Origin: the human T2T-CHM13v2.0 reference genome, Homo sapiens | NCBI RefSeq assembly: GCF_009914755.1 | Contig: NC_060927.1 | Length of the DNA stretch: 64,000 nucleotides | Strand: one strand, 5' to 3' | Shown here: positions 14,251 through 28,666 of the stretch, one piece after another | Position numbering within the stretch: the stretch's first letter is position 1 | How the letters are laid out: each line of letters begins with the position of its first letter | The notes under the pieces: generated by a model | The model's database searches: none | What the model was told of the DNA's origin: nothing | Seen by the model: only the letters and a program-made list of their open reading frames with translations | Program-made: the position numbers and the translations under genes

Positions 14251-16037
14251 CTTTATATATCTATCTCTCCATCTATAGAGATATAGATAACATAATCCTT
14301 AGTCAGCTTTTGGCCAGAAAATTCTAAATGTGAAGATATCAGAAAATATCACCTTAAAATGATATAATTTGGTTATCCATATTTGAAAAATGATTTTATA
14401 AATTCTCTTGATAATAAAAAGGAAAAAATCTTCCCATTGACTTTTTTCTTAACAAAGAATAAAATACATAAAATATTTCTACTAAACAAACCTCAAATCT
14501 CTAAATGAGGATACAGGATTTAAAATACTCCGTAATTTGGTCAGAATAGCATAGAAAGTTTTAACATTCATAAAAATGCAAATGTACATTATATATACTT
14601 ATGTTTATTAAATATATTAACACTTTACTGAAGTGATTTTATATTTAGTTTTTCAAAACTTAGTTCTTAAGTAACTGAGGACATGAAGAAAAATTCTCTT
14701 AATAGTTAAGAGATTTTTAGATCCGAGTCATTTTCCCTACTCAAATTTGTAAGAAGATACACAGTAGAAACTAATTTCTAAGACATGATCTGATAGATTC
14801 TGGTGTGTAGACTCTAAGAGAAACCATGCAAAATTTGTTAGATTACACTTAAAACATAATTCTCTTGAGTTATGTAACTCATAAGAAAAGCAAAACTACA
14901 AGACTCCAGTGCATTATAAACTGAATCAAACTGAGCTTTTTTTCCTGTAAAAATGGAAGTAGAGCCAAGTGTAGTTACATTTTCCTTCCAACTCTTTCGT
15001 ACTACTCGGTCCCTTGTTATTTTTCTAAGCCCCTTGCTGAGCATTTTATTAGAGGAAATCACTCGAGAAGCATGTCCCAAGCACCAAGGACAGTGGAACA
15101 CAATAGATGCTCAATAAATATATTGTTTGAGTAGGCAAGTTCCCATGTGAATTCTCTGATCATCTTACACTTAAGAATTGTTAACTCACATGATAGACAT
15201 GATTAGTACCAAACTAAACTGCCACAGTATTCTAGTCCACCTCGGTATACTTCAGTGTCGGCTCACCCCAGGTTGTACTGACAATCTCCATTCGGAATTA
15301 GGCAAGTGATATTACAGTTGACTAAAGCAAGCTCTGCTGTGGCACTGCCAACATTTGAATTATCCCTACCTACCCCTAAAACAGTGAGGCACTACCATTT
15401 CTAGAACATCCTGCAGAGGGGGGACATTTTCATAAGAAACAGCATAATCCAAGGACAGATTGCAGGAAAAGTCTGACGATGGAGGTTTAGCCATCTGTAG
15501 TCACAACTGCAAATTGACTTTTTTTTTCCTTCCGAACTGATGATTTGACCAGCAGAACCAAAACTAAATAGCAACTTACAACACTAACTGCTAGATTTAC
15601 GCAAGACAGAGGAGGTAGTTCCCTCAAAGGCAACATTAGAAGAGCCATCAAAATGTTCATCTCCCCTAACGTGTCTTCCTTAAGCTGTCCTTATCCCGAA
15701 TTCCCCACACGGATCACCACTCATAAGAAGTGGTGGCTCTCAGCTCTTCCTGCACATCAAAAGCCAGATAAAAATATGATCCTAGGTTTTTACTGCAGAC
15801 CAACTCAATCACACTTTCAGGATGAGTAGTCATATTCTGTAAAACTACAGGTGGGATAATGGACAAAGAACAAACCATGATGTCTTCAGGAAGCCACAAC
15901 AAGCATATAAGTTGCCCAAATGAAGTTCATGCCTTATTTTGCTGAATGAATCAATAAATTATTTTTATGCATCTACTATGTGATAACATTGTGAAAACAT
16001 ACAAGGACAATCAACCCCATTATTAAACATTCAGTAC

Positions 16038-16207
16038 CAGGGCTTGCTTCATGGGTGTGCAACCTGTGCAGCTGAACAAGGCCCTGCCCTCAGAAGGGCA
16101 TGCTTGGTTTAATGCTCAGCTGTCAGCATCTTAAAACTCTGGGTAATTTTGAAACAAGGAGCCCCAAATTTTTATTTTGCATGAGTTTTTGTACTAGCCA
16201 GGCTTGG
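16038..16207 (+). mobile_element. MER91A-like hAT MITE, copy 1
   Basis: cagggcttgcttcatgggtgtgcaacctgtgcag...tgcttggtttaatgctc...catcttaaaa. Confidence 0.65.
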
Positions 16208-16800
16208 AAGGGTTGAAACTCAAATATGACCCTAATGTGACACATTGTCCCCACCTTCATCTCCCCTGCAATCTACTGTATCATAGGGGAATTGTAATGC
16301 ATCATCCCTATGCTTAAAATTCATCAGCCATTTTCTCCTATGCATTGCATAATTTGTCTGTTTCTCTCGCCTCTAGCTTGACATAATCTTTCCCAACTCC
16401 CCTCCCAAATATTGCTTTATTATCGTAACTGGCAAGACGGGGGAAGAAAATGTGTCATAAGAGTATATGAAAAGGGGTACTCATGCTCAGGTGCCAGGAA
16501 ATAAGTCTTGGGAAAGCTGAGAGGCTGACCTTCTAATTTTAAATTGGAGTCAGACATAAAAATTGACTGTATTGGTTAAATGATATTGGTTAAAAGTTAT
16601 AAATGGCTTACAAAAGACTGCATCATTCCCCATTCAGAGGAAGAAACAAGTATATATCTGAGGCCTCCAGGAGGAAATTGAACATGGGGCACCAAGAATG
16701 AAGAGGTGGTAGAATATAGGCACAAGGCATCAGGGATGAAAGCAGAGAGAAAATACTAGGAGGTAGGAATGCTAAATTCACTCTCATTAACCCTGAGCAT

Positions 16801-16974
16801 CAGGGATGTCTTGAAGATGTGCAACCAGCACAGTCACACAAGCTCCTGAGCTGACAAAGGGCCCCATGCTTGGTAATGCTCTACTGTGGCCATCTTGAAA
16901 TTTTTAGTAGTTTCTGGAAAAGGAACTCCACATTTACTTCACATCAGGCTCTGCAAATTATGTAGCCTGTCCCA
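16801..16974 (+). mobile_element. MER91A-like hAT MITE, copy 2 (adjacent to or inside a MIR)
   Basis: caggga...gggccccatgcttggtaatgctctactgtggccatcttgaaattt...tgcaaattatgtagcctgtccc; degenerate 8-bp TSD ctgagcat/cttagcac. Confidence 0.65.
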
Positions 16975-17489
16975 CTTAGCACTATGTGAAGTGGTTTACA
17001 TGTACTATCCTATTTAGTCCCTGAAAATCCATAACATATCATTACTGTGATTTTTTTTCCTCTTAATGAGGAAACAGGTATGGAGTGGTAATGTACTGTA
17101 CCAAAAGGCACACCACAAAGATGAAGCCAGAACTTTCATCCAGGTTTTTCTGACTGCCAAGCCAGTGTGTTTTTGATGACAGTGATAGGCTGGCTTTCCA
17201 AGTAAAGACAGGAGAGAGCAGGTGGCTCAGTCAGCTAGACTGCAGGGGACATAAATAGGATTAGCAGAGGACCAAGGTAAGAAGGTTGAGTAAATCAGAT
17301 CACTGTAGTCCCTGAATGATCATAGACTTTCCTATGGGACAAGGGGAAACATGAGTGACATATTGAGAGTTGGACTTTAGGAAGTCTATTATTGTGATAG
17401 TGTTAAGGTATTTTGTTAAGCAAAGAAAAAGGCATGGAGAAGATATCTGGGGCTCATATAGTCCTTCAAATATGAGGTAACAGGATGAA

Positions 17490-17730
17490 TAATAATGAAA
17501 GCTAATGTTTATCAAGCATTTACTCTGTGCCAGGCACTATTCTAAGCACTTTGGTATAATGCTTAAATACTGTAATCCCCATCAAAGTTCTGTGAGGTGC
17601 AGGTAGTTTCTAAATATCCTCCTGTTATTGATGGAAAAAATGAAAAGGAAAGCAAGTTTCAGTAACTTGTTCATGGTCATGCAGCCAGTGAGTGGCAGAG
17701 GCATTATTTACTTCAGAATCAGTGATTTAA
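17490..17730 (-). mobile_element. MIR
   Basis: gctaatgtttatcaagcatttactctgtgccaggcactattctaagcacttt. Confidence 0.7.
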
Positions 17731-17799
17731 TCTTCAATAAGAATATTTAAAAGATGCCCTTTTTAACTTAAAGGGTTCTAAAACATATAAAAATGAAAA

Positions 17800-18825
17800 A
17801 TATTAAAGAATGCTATTTTACAAAAGATCCAGGAGGATAGAGTATTAGCAGATTTGAGAACCTATCGTAAAGGAAAGCCATTTAAATCCTTTGGTTCTTG
17901 GCACAAAAACAAACGCAGATCAATAGAACAGATTGGAAAACTGAAATAGTTTTTAAAATTGTAACATAAGACCCCATAATAAAGTGTTAGGAGGAATTAA
18001 TTAGAAAAACTTGATAATACTTTGAGGAAATGATCAGGTTAGATTCATACTTTGCATAATACACTAAAATAACCTCTACATGGATTAAGGATTTAAATAC
18101 AAAAAATTGAATGACAGTAAAGCCAGCAGGAGATGGAATAGAATATCAGGTTTATAAGAAAACAGTAACTTCAGCTTTGAAGCAGTGGAATAAATTATGA
18201 AGGAAAAGATTGACAGATTTGAATACATAAAAAATTTAAAACTTGCTGTTTTTTCATCGTACAGAAGACTAAATACAAAGGATATTATTACTGAAGGCCA
18301 TATTTGCATTCCATGCTACAAAGACAGCTTTAAAACCCAAACCATGTTACCCTTATTCAAATTTATAAGGAAAAACATCAGATCTCAAAATATAAATACT
18401 TAAAATATGAAAAAAATGAATACACTGACAATCAGTAAAGAGAAATTGTTCAGCCTACCAACAATTAATAAATATGTGCAAAATAAACTTGAGATAGGAT
18501 TTTTTACCTTCTAAATAACTCCCCATACTCCCCCCCTTATCCTTATAACACCCAATGTTAGTTAGATTGAAGCTTGTGTACTCATTCCTTACTGCTGGCA
18601 TTGCAAATGTATACAGACTTCTTAAAAATTAGTAATACAAAGCTAATCAGGCTCAAAGCTGCATGAGTTTTTTCAGGCAGCAATTACATTTTGAGCACTT
18701 TATCGTCTGGAAATAATAGCAAAAGCAGATGTGAGCAAAAGATGTTCATCTGTTATTGTTTACAATAGCAAAACCCTGGAAACCTAAATGCCCCAAATTG
18801 AGAATGGTTTTATAAATTATGAGAA
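17800..18825 (+). mobile_element. Old L1 (L1M/L1ME) ORF2 3' remnant
   Basis: A-rich; ggcacaaaaacaaacgcagatcaatagaacaga; aaagattgacagatttgaatacataaaaatttaaa; ttgtttacaatagcaaaaccctggaaac. Confidence 0.65.
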
Positions 18826-19390
18826 GGGACTACTTGTTATAGAGGGCAAGCCATTTGAAGATTTTTATTTTCAGGAGTTTGGTCCAAAGGGATGAGGAAA
18901 GAGACAGTGAAGTAGCTTGAGGGGAAAACATTAAGGAAAAATTGTCATTTATTTCATTGAAGCCTTGGACATATTTATCAATTGAGGGGGAACAAGATAT
19001 TAGAGGAAATAAGAATGAAATTTTGAGAAGGAGAAGAGGGGGAGAGAGAAGGGGTGGGGAGGGGGAGGAGAGGCGGAGAAGGAAGAGTGGCGAGACTGGA
19101 GGTGCAAAGACCTCTGAGGCACAAAGAAGCCTCAAAGGCAAATGTGGAAAAGTTTGCTTTGGAGAAGGGATGTGACTTCCTCTGAGATAAAGATGAAGAA
19201 AGAAACATTTGAAGTGAAGAGAAGGAACAATTTGATCTCTGAGAATTTGACTTAGGTGAGTCTTTCTTGGTCTGGCAGAACCGGATACCCTGACACCTGT
19301 GATGCTGTAACTCTATAACATTTTCACAGCATTTGTTCACTCCGCATTTAGTGTGTCATTTTCCAGCTGTGAACGAAAACATGAGCAAAA

Positions 19391-19409
19391 GTGCCACCAG
19401 GGGGCAGGC
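19391..19409 (+). promoter_or_regulatory. Candidate CTCF binding site
   Basis: GTGCCACCAGGGGGCAGGC contains the full CCACCAGGGGGCAG core. Sequence match only. Confidence 0.55.
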
Positions 19410-20419
19410 TGGGCACTGGCAAAAGCACTTCAAAGAGACCATGGAAAAAGTCTTTTCCTTTCAGCCCAGGGGTCTATTCTTTGTTTTTGCAACAACAAAC
19501 TGCATCAAGTCCAGAGCATTTTCCTTAATGGTTGTGTTGTGGGTATGGATTTTGCTCCATGAACTCAAGTGTGCAAGAAATGTCACAGTACTGTACTTTA
19601 TTTTCTCTAAATAAAATTAAATTCAACTGCAAGCCACCATCCTAGGCAAGGCTGAAAGTCACTCAGTCATTATTACAGCTCCCACAGCCCCAAAGCATTC
19701 TGTAGAGATGAGGATCTTATTCAGTGCTCGTATTTAGGTCATCGGTCCATCCAGCGACTAGTGAAATACTTATGACCTGAACCAACATGATGTCTTGGTA
19801 CATGGTGACAGTGCTGTATCCTTATCTGTTAGGATAGGGGCAGAAGTTCCAATGTCTGGAACGTATGCACACACGCACACACACACACCCAGATACCTCC
19901 TTAGGTTACGCAAAGAGGGAAGCTGAGGATGATTCCTATCTGTAGAAATTGTCTCCTGTACCCTCTTCTGGCTTGAGGGAAATTCCTCCTGCTTCCCCCC
20001 TGTGCCTGCCTCTTTGTCTCCTCTATGGTCTAATCATGGGCCAGCTTAGGCTACAAGAACATCTAGGAAGATAGACATCTTCAGAACACACAAACTTCAG
20101 GAGAGGCATTGAAGCCCAGAGGCCCCATCTAGTTCTTGGAATCCGGAAAGGAGAAAACACAAGATCAAAATGCACCCACACCCATATGTCTAAACTGTGT
20201 TGCCACATTTGCCACAAGGTCACCGTCCTTAAAACACCCACTACTTGACAGATCTGACAGTATGAGACCGTTATCTTCTAGTAGATGAGAGAGCTCAAGC
20301 ATCCCTCAGTCGATAGTGGGCCAATCCCAGAACTGCTGCCATGGAGGAGCAAAGATGAAGGGACAAACTCTCATCTCAAGGAGCTTCCAGTGACACACAG
20401 GTAATCAAGGACTGACGAA

Positions 20420-20720
20420 TTTAGGTAAGATATTACACATTTCTAAATCACTTACCAATATTGAAAACATTAAAAACAAAGGGTTCACGTAATCATCTGT
20501 GTATTATCTAGCTTCTCTTAAAAATAAGACCCGGCAACCCTGGCCTGCATTCCTGCATGGCAGTCATGATTAGGAGCTGAGTAGAGGTTGTTCCCTTTAG
20601 CTGGGACCAATATACTTCAGTGTATCACAGTCCCCATCACTCCCTACTATGTTATGCTCAGGCTCCTCTCATTTATGCTACTTGTCTAGCTTCTATACGT
20701 ACTTGGGTTTGCAACTCGAC
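20420..20720. mobile_element. MER102-like hAT-Charlie element
   Basis: ggcaaccctggcctgcattcctgcatggca...ggagctgagtag...cacagtccccatcactcccta...tttgcaac. Confidence 0.6.
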
Positions 20721-21118
20721 TGAGTAAACCAAATAAAATCAGAGACACAGTGGTAAGTGGCCTATAAGCATTAATTAAGCTTCTGCCTTTCCTCGATGTT
20801 CACTCTGATATACTTGGGAATTCAGAATTATTTCACGTAGACCTTACACGAACAGACGCTAAAGAAACAGACTTAAATGATAAACTTGGCTCATGTGCAA
20901 ATGTTACACAGAAAGCCAGTGGCACTCCGTACAGAGAATAGTATACTCATGCCTCATGTATGTGTGCAGAACAATAGATGTTCATGAAATGCAGATTTAG
21001 CTGTGTTCCTTGGCCTCATCTCCCATGACTGTCATCGAGGGTGCCCAGTGGATCAGTAGGTCACAAGTGAACAAGTGTTTACTGTTAGCTGTGGGTGGCC
21101 ACTCCCACAAAAATTCCT

Positions 21119-21196
21119 GAGAACTGGTCTCATCCTAACCTCAGGCCCATGAGCTCAGAGAACTGGTCTCATCCTGACCTCAGGCCCGTGAGCTCA
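21119..21196 (+). repeat. 39-bp tandem duplication (2 copies, 2 mismatches)
   Basis: gagaactggtctcatcctaacctcaggcccatgagctca / gagaactggtctcatcctgacctcaggcccgtgagctca. Confidence 0.95.
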
Positions 21197-23082
21197 GCCT
21201 CAGCCTGCAGAAATGCCAGCTTCATTCTTTATTTTAATTTTCAAGAGATAGGCTAAACTCAGAACTTATGCCACAATAAATTAGAACAATCCAACAGAAA
21301 CAAGAGAAGAGAGGCTGTTAAGCTCAAGGAAAGAAAAAAAAATTTATAATGAGGACATCTGTACTTATCTGGCTTTTCTGGAGAGTTCAAGTTACTATCC
21401 ACAAAACACATCTATGAAAATGTTTAGACCACAAAACAATATATTAATCAGCAAATAAGCAAAGTAATAACAAATTTTATGCGTTGAAAGATGCTATTAA
21501 ATACAAAGGAAAACTCATCATGAACTTCCCGTTAAACATGCGCATACAACAAGAATTTTATTGGAACTTTTTGTTGGTTGGAATTGTATAAATCCAGTGG
21601 AGTATATTTAGAAAGACAATAATTAACTAGAAAAGAGATTGAGCATAAAAGCGAGAAAAGCACTGAGTATTCCCTGCCCTTCAGCTGAAGGAACACTCCA
21701 GCTTCTTCAGCTGATTGCTGAAGCTGGCCATAATTATCAGAAGTACCTAAGTGGCTTCTTGACCCTTAGTTGCAGAATGGCATAAGAACAAAACTGATAA
21801 CCATTAGAATGCATGACAAATTGTACATAATATCTCTACCTGACAGAATACTTAAAACAACATTTTATCTTAGGTTTTAATGGTTTGGGGAAAGAGCATA
21901 CGGTATCTACAAAATTCAGGACATTCATTAGTTAAGCATTCTTGAAATCTACAATGCCAGCCACTATCCAAGTAAGGGGAGCCTCTTAAGTCACATTTAG
22001 AGCTATTTTCTTTAAAAGGCACTTTGATATTAGACTCTTTAAACATAAATTTTAAAGTACAGCTTGAAAGCGAGTGATAACTACTAGGAAACAGGATTTT
22101 TGAAGGATATACTATAAATTCTGTAGCATAAGGTTTAAAAAAGAACCTCATCTTTGAACATTTTTTAAAGTGCTGCACCTTTAAAGACACAGGTGCTTTT
22201 AGTTCACAGTCCAAAAATGAGTGACTGAATATGCTAATGTCAAAGACAATGACAAAATCAGAATTCTGAAAAATACACAGCTTTCAATTAATTTGTGAAC
22301 ATGTGTGCATGTGTGTATGCATATCTACAAGTCCCTAAGAGATCAGGAGACGTTATACACAGGATTGCTGTTATTTCTAGCCGCTCCTAAGTCCAGATAT
22401 TAGACATGCAAAAAGACATTCAGGAAATAAATGGGGCAAGGAAAGAGATACTGAAGCCCTCCCTAAAATCCAAAGCAGCAGCCTGTGTAGATGTCTTCAC
22501 TGTGAGGTTTCCACGGAAGCACATCACCCTACTCAGATTATGCAGTCTCATCTTCAAGTGCCGTTAATCAGAAACCTGCCAGGGAGAATACTAAACTCTT
22601 TCTAAAGATATCTGGAATATCATCAAGTTTTATCACCAAACAATAAAACAAACCCGTCAAGTAGATTTTAAGATTTATTTCTCCTCTACTATTAAGGAGA
22701 AAGGAGCCTGTTATAAATGACTAACATTAGTCACAAATCTGCAGGTCAGCAAATGGAAAAAATTGAAATAACCATACATGAATACGAAAAGACAGCTTGT
22801 TAATTACTTTTAAGAACGTAAATTGTGTTGGCATAGTGTACTTATTTATGAAATATTGACAAAATAAGAAATATTCTACATCAGAATACTGAGTAATGAT
22901 GGGGCAAAACAAACTAGTGGAATTTTCAATTACATTCTCTGGGGTCTAACATTTCCCATCTTATCTTTGCATTCTATCCTCAACTTTCTCATCCTCAATA
23001 TCTGACCACTATAAGGCAGCTTCAGAAGAAGCAAAGATACAAACTTATTTCAGGAAGTTACTTTAGAAAGCAAAGTGTATAG

Positions 23083-23438
<356 letters not shown>

Positions 23439-24579
23439 TCACTAGGAACCACCACTAGCAATGCGTCTAAACTTAAAACCAATGCAGATACTGTGTGTTA
23501 GGAAGGAGGGGAGAGATAGGGAGGAATGACATATTGGACACAATACCTGGGAACACATCATGAGAAAATAGTTTGCAAACTAATTAATTATTGTATAATC
23601 ATGATCCTTAGAGTGGTACAATAAGAAAAGATTAAAACATTTTAATATTTAAAACCTTAAAATTCATCCTTATAAAAACTTTGTTGTTAAATCTACATGC
23701 TATATTTCTAAGGTAATACATGTAGATAATTTTTAAATGGTAAAAACGTACCATATTGGGATTAATGCTTATTTTTTTCTGGCCCTTGGGGGAATACATG
23801 GTTAAAACCTGGATAACTTTTTGTCTAGATAAAGCACTCAAGGAAATCTGGCTTCATTGGATCAATTACTCCACTAAGGTATCTTTTTAATGTTATCTTA
23901 TTTTCACAAACATACATTATAGAAAATTTTCAAATTGCAGAGAAATATAAAAGAAATCGCCTGCAACTTTATCTCTAAAAATATTTTGGCACCTCTTATG
24001 CACCCTTAAAACATAGTATTTTACATGTACTTAAGTATACTTAAGCATAAAATTTCGATATTAATATACTACAGTGGCTGTTTTAAACCCCTTTTTAATA
24101 TGAATTATTTTGAAACACAATCTTGTCTGGACACTACAAATTTGTTTATAAGTTATGTACTAAAATTTAGCCAGCTCTTTATAGTTGAATAGTTTCTTCT
24201 GAAATATTTGCTATTTTAAAATAATGCCTATGAATGTCTTAGTAGCTTCTCCCCCATATTTCTATAACTTAATACATTTTTAGAAAAGGAATTGCTGAAA
24301 GATAAGATATTTGATATGTTTTATAATGTTGCTTTTCAGAAAAATGGTACAAAATTTACCCATGAATAGCTTACAGGAATCTCCTGACGCTCACCAACAG
24401 TAGACATCAACATTAAAAACTACAGTGATTTGTCAATTTGATTAGTGAAAGATATCCAGTACCCAATTTCCAGTGTTTCCTAACTCCTCTGGCCCAATTT
24501 ACTCAGACATGGAGAGCTTTGGATGCCAAAGAGACAAGATTCGATTGGTAAGATATGGTAAGATTTTATCCTGTGAGAC

Positions 24580-25312
24580 AGTGGTTCTCAAGGAAATGGT
24601 ACAACATTCCTAGGGAATACCTAGGAAATTTGGGTAAATGTTTCAGATTTTCATGATTTTGAGAGGGTTGCTACTGGCATTTAGTAGGTGGAAACCAGAG
24701 GTGTCAGCTGCCCTGCACTGTGTAGAGCAATCTTGAGTGACATTGAACTGTGTCCCATGTTTTACACAACTTTCAAATGTCCTAGTAGAAATGTATGAGG
24801 TAAGAAGCTTGGTTATAATTATTCAAGCGCAGAACCTAACTGTTTAACATACCAATGCCAAATATTTTGTGGCCATTTTTAATAGTTTTCTACTACCATG
24901 TAAAGCAAGGGAAAAATGATTTCTTCAGAGTATTCGCAAAAGTTCATAATTTTTGAAAAGTATATCATTAATACCACACTGTTGCTGTTTTCATCACTAA
25001 CATCACCTACTTATAATAGTCTGCATTCATAGACTACATTCACTGTGTTTCTAAGAGTATATGCAAGAATCTTATCACTTCCTTATGTATTCCAATACTG
25101 TCATGCTCAAGTATTTATATAATAAAACTTTTCTTATAAACTTTCTCTTTCATATTGTATATAAAGTCTTATGTTGCCTTTTACAAAACTGTATAGGGAG
25201 GTCATGTATTTCATTGGTTTCATTTTAGGAGAGTAAAGGGTATATTATTCTCCTAAATATTATATTTACTATAAATAGTGGTCATTGACTCTGACCGGGT
25301 TGAGAACTGTTG
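24580..25312. mobile_element. MER20B-like hAT-Charlie element
   Basis: Terminal inverted repeats cagtggttctcaa ... ttgagaactgttg; internal tgctactggcatttagtaggtgga. Confidence 0.65.
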
Positions 25313-26302
25313 CTATATGGGACTAGGGAACAGGAAGCAAGTCAGAGACTTCCAGCAGAAGAGTGACATGAAGAAGCAGAGACGGAGGTAAAGAGGGGCT
25401 TGACGGTAAAGAAAATAAACTGGAAAAGGAGATGGCAGGAGGCAGAGAGACCAGAAAAGAGACAAATACAATCTAGGTAGGGAAGTAATGAAGACCTAAG
25501 ATATCATAATGAGTGAGAGTCAGAGGAGGATTTTACGGAGGGCGTCTTGAAAAAGTGAAGTCGTTGGAACTCAGGCATCCAGTATCACAGTGTCATTGCA
25601 TTGTTAGGCTACAGTGATTGTGTTCTCAAATAGTCTCACGTACGTGCACATACTTGCAAGCATACATATGCGCTCATACCCTTCAACTCTCCAGATTCAT
25701 TACCAAATAATCCCTCTCCCCTTCTGCCGCCAAATGGAAGATTTATCGCACCAGCGATTCTGAAATGTGACAGCTCAACCTGACGTTAGTCTGAATCAGA
25801 GGGGCAAAGCCTTATTTGATTTGTGATTCTCTATCCAAGATAAACCCTGAAATAAATTTCAAGTGTGCTTTAAGTACACTACAGGTTATAAATCATATAC
25901 TTGTATTCTCATTCTACAGTAAGCATAAAACCTCATAAACTATGTGATATATAATCTCCCTTCCCCCTTGCCAAATTCATGCACACTTCCTGACTTGCAG
26001 GGAGAGAATGATAGGAAATTAAGAAACTCAGAACCAGTGATAATTTGTCTGCAGCATGCATTTTTTCTATTCAGTAGCAACTATAACAAATGAAGTTGTT
26101 ACTAGATCAGGCAAGGGGAAACCATGGTTGTAAATGGCAGAAAAGCATTTCCAAAATTAAGGGATGGAGAGTCCAAGATGGCTGACAGTAAAAAAAATAA
26201 ACTGGATATTTACTGTATGATCATCCATTTTGGCAAATATTGGGGATAAGAGAATGTCCCAATTCCTGTTCAATTCCCAATTAAGATAAAAAGTGCACTA
26301 CA

Positions 26303-26583
26303 GGCTGGGTGCGGTGGCTCACGCCTGTAATCCCAACAATTTGGGAGGCCGAGGCAGGTGGATCACCTGAGGTCAAAGCCTGGCCAACATGGTGAAACCC
26401 CATCTCGACAAAAATACAAAAATTCAGCTAAGCATGATGGTGGGTGCCTGTGATCACAGCTACTCGGGAGACTAGGGATGTGGGAATCGCTTGAACCCGA
26501 GAGGCGGAGGTTGCAGTGAGCAGAGATCGTGCCATTGCACCCCAGCCTGGGCGACAGCAAGACTCCGTCTTGGAAAAAAAAAA
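26303..26583 (+). mobile_element. AluS with a deletion across the B-box
   Basis: Dimeric Alu; cacctgaggtca joins directly to aagcctggcc; TSD aaagtgcactaca/aaaatgcattata. Confidence 0.92.
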
Positions 26584-27229
26584 TGCATTATATTCTGTAT
26601 TTGAGATTAGCTTATATATCCATACTCAATTTCAATTTCTCTAAAAACAAACATGAGTCTGTCTAGTTATTCTAATCCCTGTCAGTCCAACAGTACTGAG
26701 TTAGACACAAATATCACATTCTTCATTGTTTTTCGTAAACAATTTCTAGCTTAGTGAGAAAAATGGTGACCCTATCTTTCTCAACTTGTAATTTCTTTCT
26801 CTACCCTACTAAAAAATGTCAGCCACATCCCATCATAGTGAAAAAATGTTCCTCTAAACTTCACCACTAAATTCTCACATTGTCCAGTTCCTGTTTCTCT
26901 TTATGGGTTACTTAACATCTGAAATGTATTCTTAAGCACTTTGCTATTTTGTGTGTGACAAATACAAGACAAATCCCCAAAGTCTATGCTACCTGCCTGA
27001 AATGGATAAGGGCACAGATATAACACCATCCATCTCTCCACATCTTTGCTCCCTGAGAGGGTTTGATAAGAGGTGTATTCTGTATTGGTCATCTATTATG
27101 TTACAGGTTAGGAGGTTTGAGCCATGAATAAACAGAAAATGACCTGAAGCTAAAAGGACACGCTGCCAAGTGAGGCAATCAGTGACCATGACTTAAAGGC
27201 TATGTTCTGCCCTCTTCCTTCTAGTTAGA

Positions 27230-27670
27230 CTGGGGCAAAAATCCCAAGCTTTCTGCCGTGGAAGGCAAGGCTCCCATGACCCTCCCTCTGCCTGTTACTC
27301 TTCTCACCTCCCATCACTGCTTCTTTGCACCCCTGTGGTCTTTGAATCACATTCTCCCCTCTTGAGCCTCTGAGTTCTCATGCTGTGATTCTTCCTGGAA
27401 TCTGCTTCTTTAAAATTGTCCCCTGACTGACATCTGCTTATTGTTAAAAACTCAGCTCTAGTATCACACATTGGGGTAGATACCCTTTCTCTCTACTTTC
27501 ACTGCAAACAGTTAATCTCCATTCAGGTACTTCTTGGTTACCTTGTGATTGTCTCTTTACTCATTGTCTCTAGGAATATTGAGTTTCTCAAGGGCAGAGA
27601 CACGTCCTTTTGATGTTTGTATTTCCAGTGCATAGTATAGTGGACACTCAGCAAATGTTTGTTGCTTACC
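27230..27670 (+). mobile_element. L2 3' fragment
   Basis: ctcaagggcagagacacgtc...tgtatttccagtgcatagtatagtggacactcagcaaatgtttgttg. Confidence 0.55.
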
Positions 27671-28666
27671 TGAGTAGGGAGTCTTTTGTTTTTTGTCTTC
27701 TAAGGGGAAAATAGGCTATGGACAATGAAAATTGCTTTTAAAAAAAAAACGTTTTCCCCCTGAGGGTAAGGAGAGGGGTTTGCAAGTCAGAGCTTTTACT
27801 AACCAGGGTCATAAAGTCAGCTGTGCTGACTTGATCCCACTCAAGAGGTAGGGAATTGCCTGATTTTAATGGTGCTAGCCCATAAGAACTTGGACTCTAC
27901 ATGTCATGGCCACATAATCCCCAGTGAAACTCCCATGGGTTCACTTTCAGTATGCATTATGTTCATGCATCCAGAAAGTGGGATCAAGTAGTGTTACTCA
28001 CGAGACTCCATAGTGCTTGGAAATCTGGATTAGAGGCAGGATTATAACTGGCAGGGCCATGCTAGGCGAGGAGTAGATGAGACACAAGCAGTCCCTGGAG
28101 CCTGGGGCCTCTCCTCACACGGTATCATCAGCCCCAACAGCTGTGTGTGAAGACACTTCCAAGCACATTTTGTTCGATGATCAGCTGAAACCCACTGCTT
28201 AGCATCTCTTTTCTTTTATGTAATCCCCTTGGGTGTAAGACATAGGGCCTTTGTTGAAGACAGTCTCACGCTTACAAAAAGTATCAGATTTAGACTTCTA
28301 ACATTATTTCCAAGTAAGGTGGTACAACAGTCAGAGATGCAGTAGCAGAGTTGAAATAAATAGTCATTCATCACACAACTTTAACCTTGTGTCCCATGAC
28401 CAGATGTCACTTCCTGAAGTACACTGTGAGCCAGAACTTCTACCTTACAGACAACCTAATTGTTTTGGGTGTGTGTCAACCATGTTAATTTGTTAAATGT
28501 AAACAATGTCTACAACTGTTTGGCCTGTCATTACTTTTTAACAAACTAGAAGACACTTCTCTAGATAATTCTGTGCTTGCTAGGCCCTCTTATTTATAGG
28601 ATCAACAGATAATGTACACTGAATCTACTTCATCAAAAAGAAAAATACCATTTACTTATTACTTAC

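Noticed and set aside
18830-19340. Arg/Gly/Glu- and Pro/Leu/Ser-rich ORFs
   Set aside because: They arise from a purine-rich low-complexity tract at about 19025-19090.
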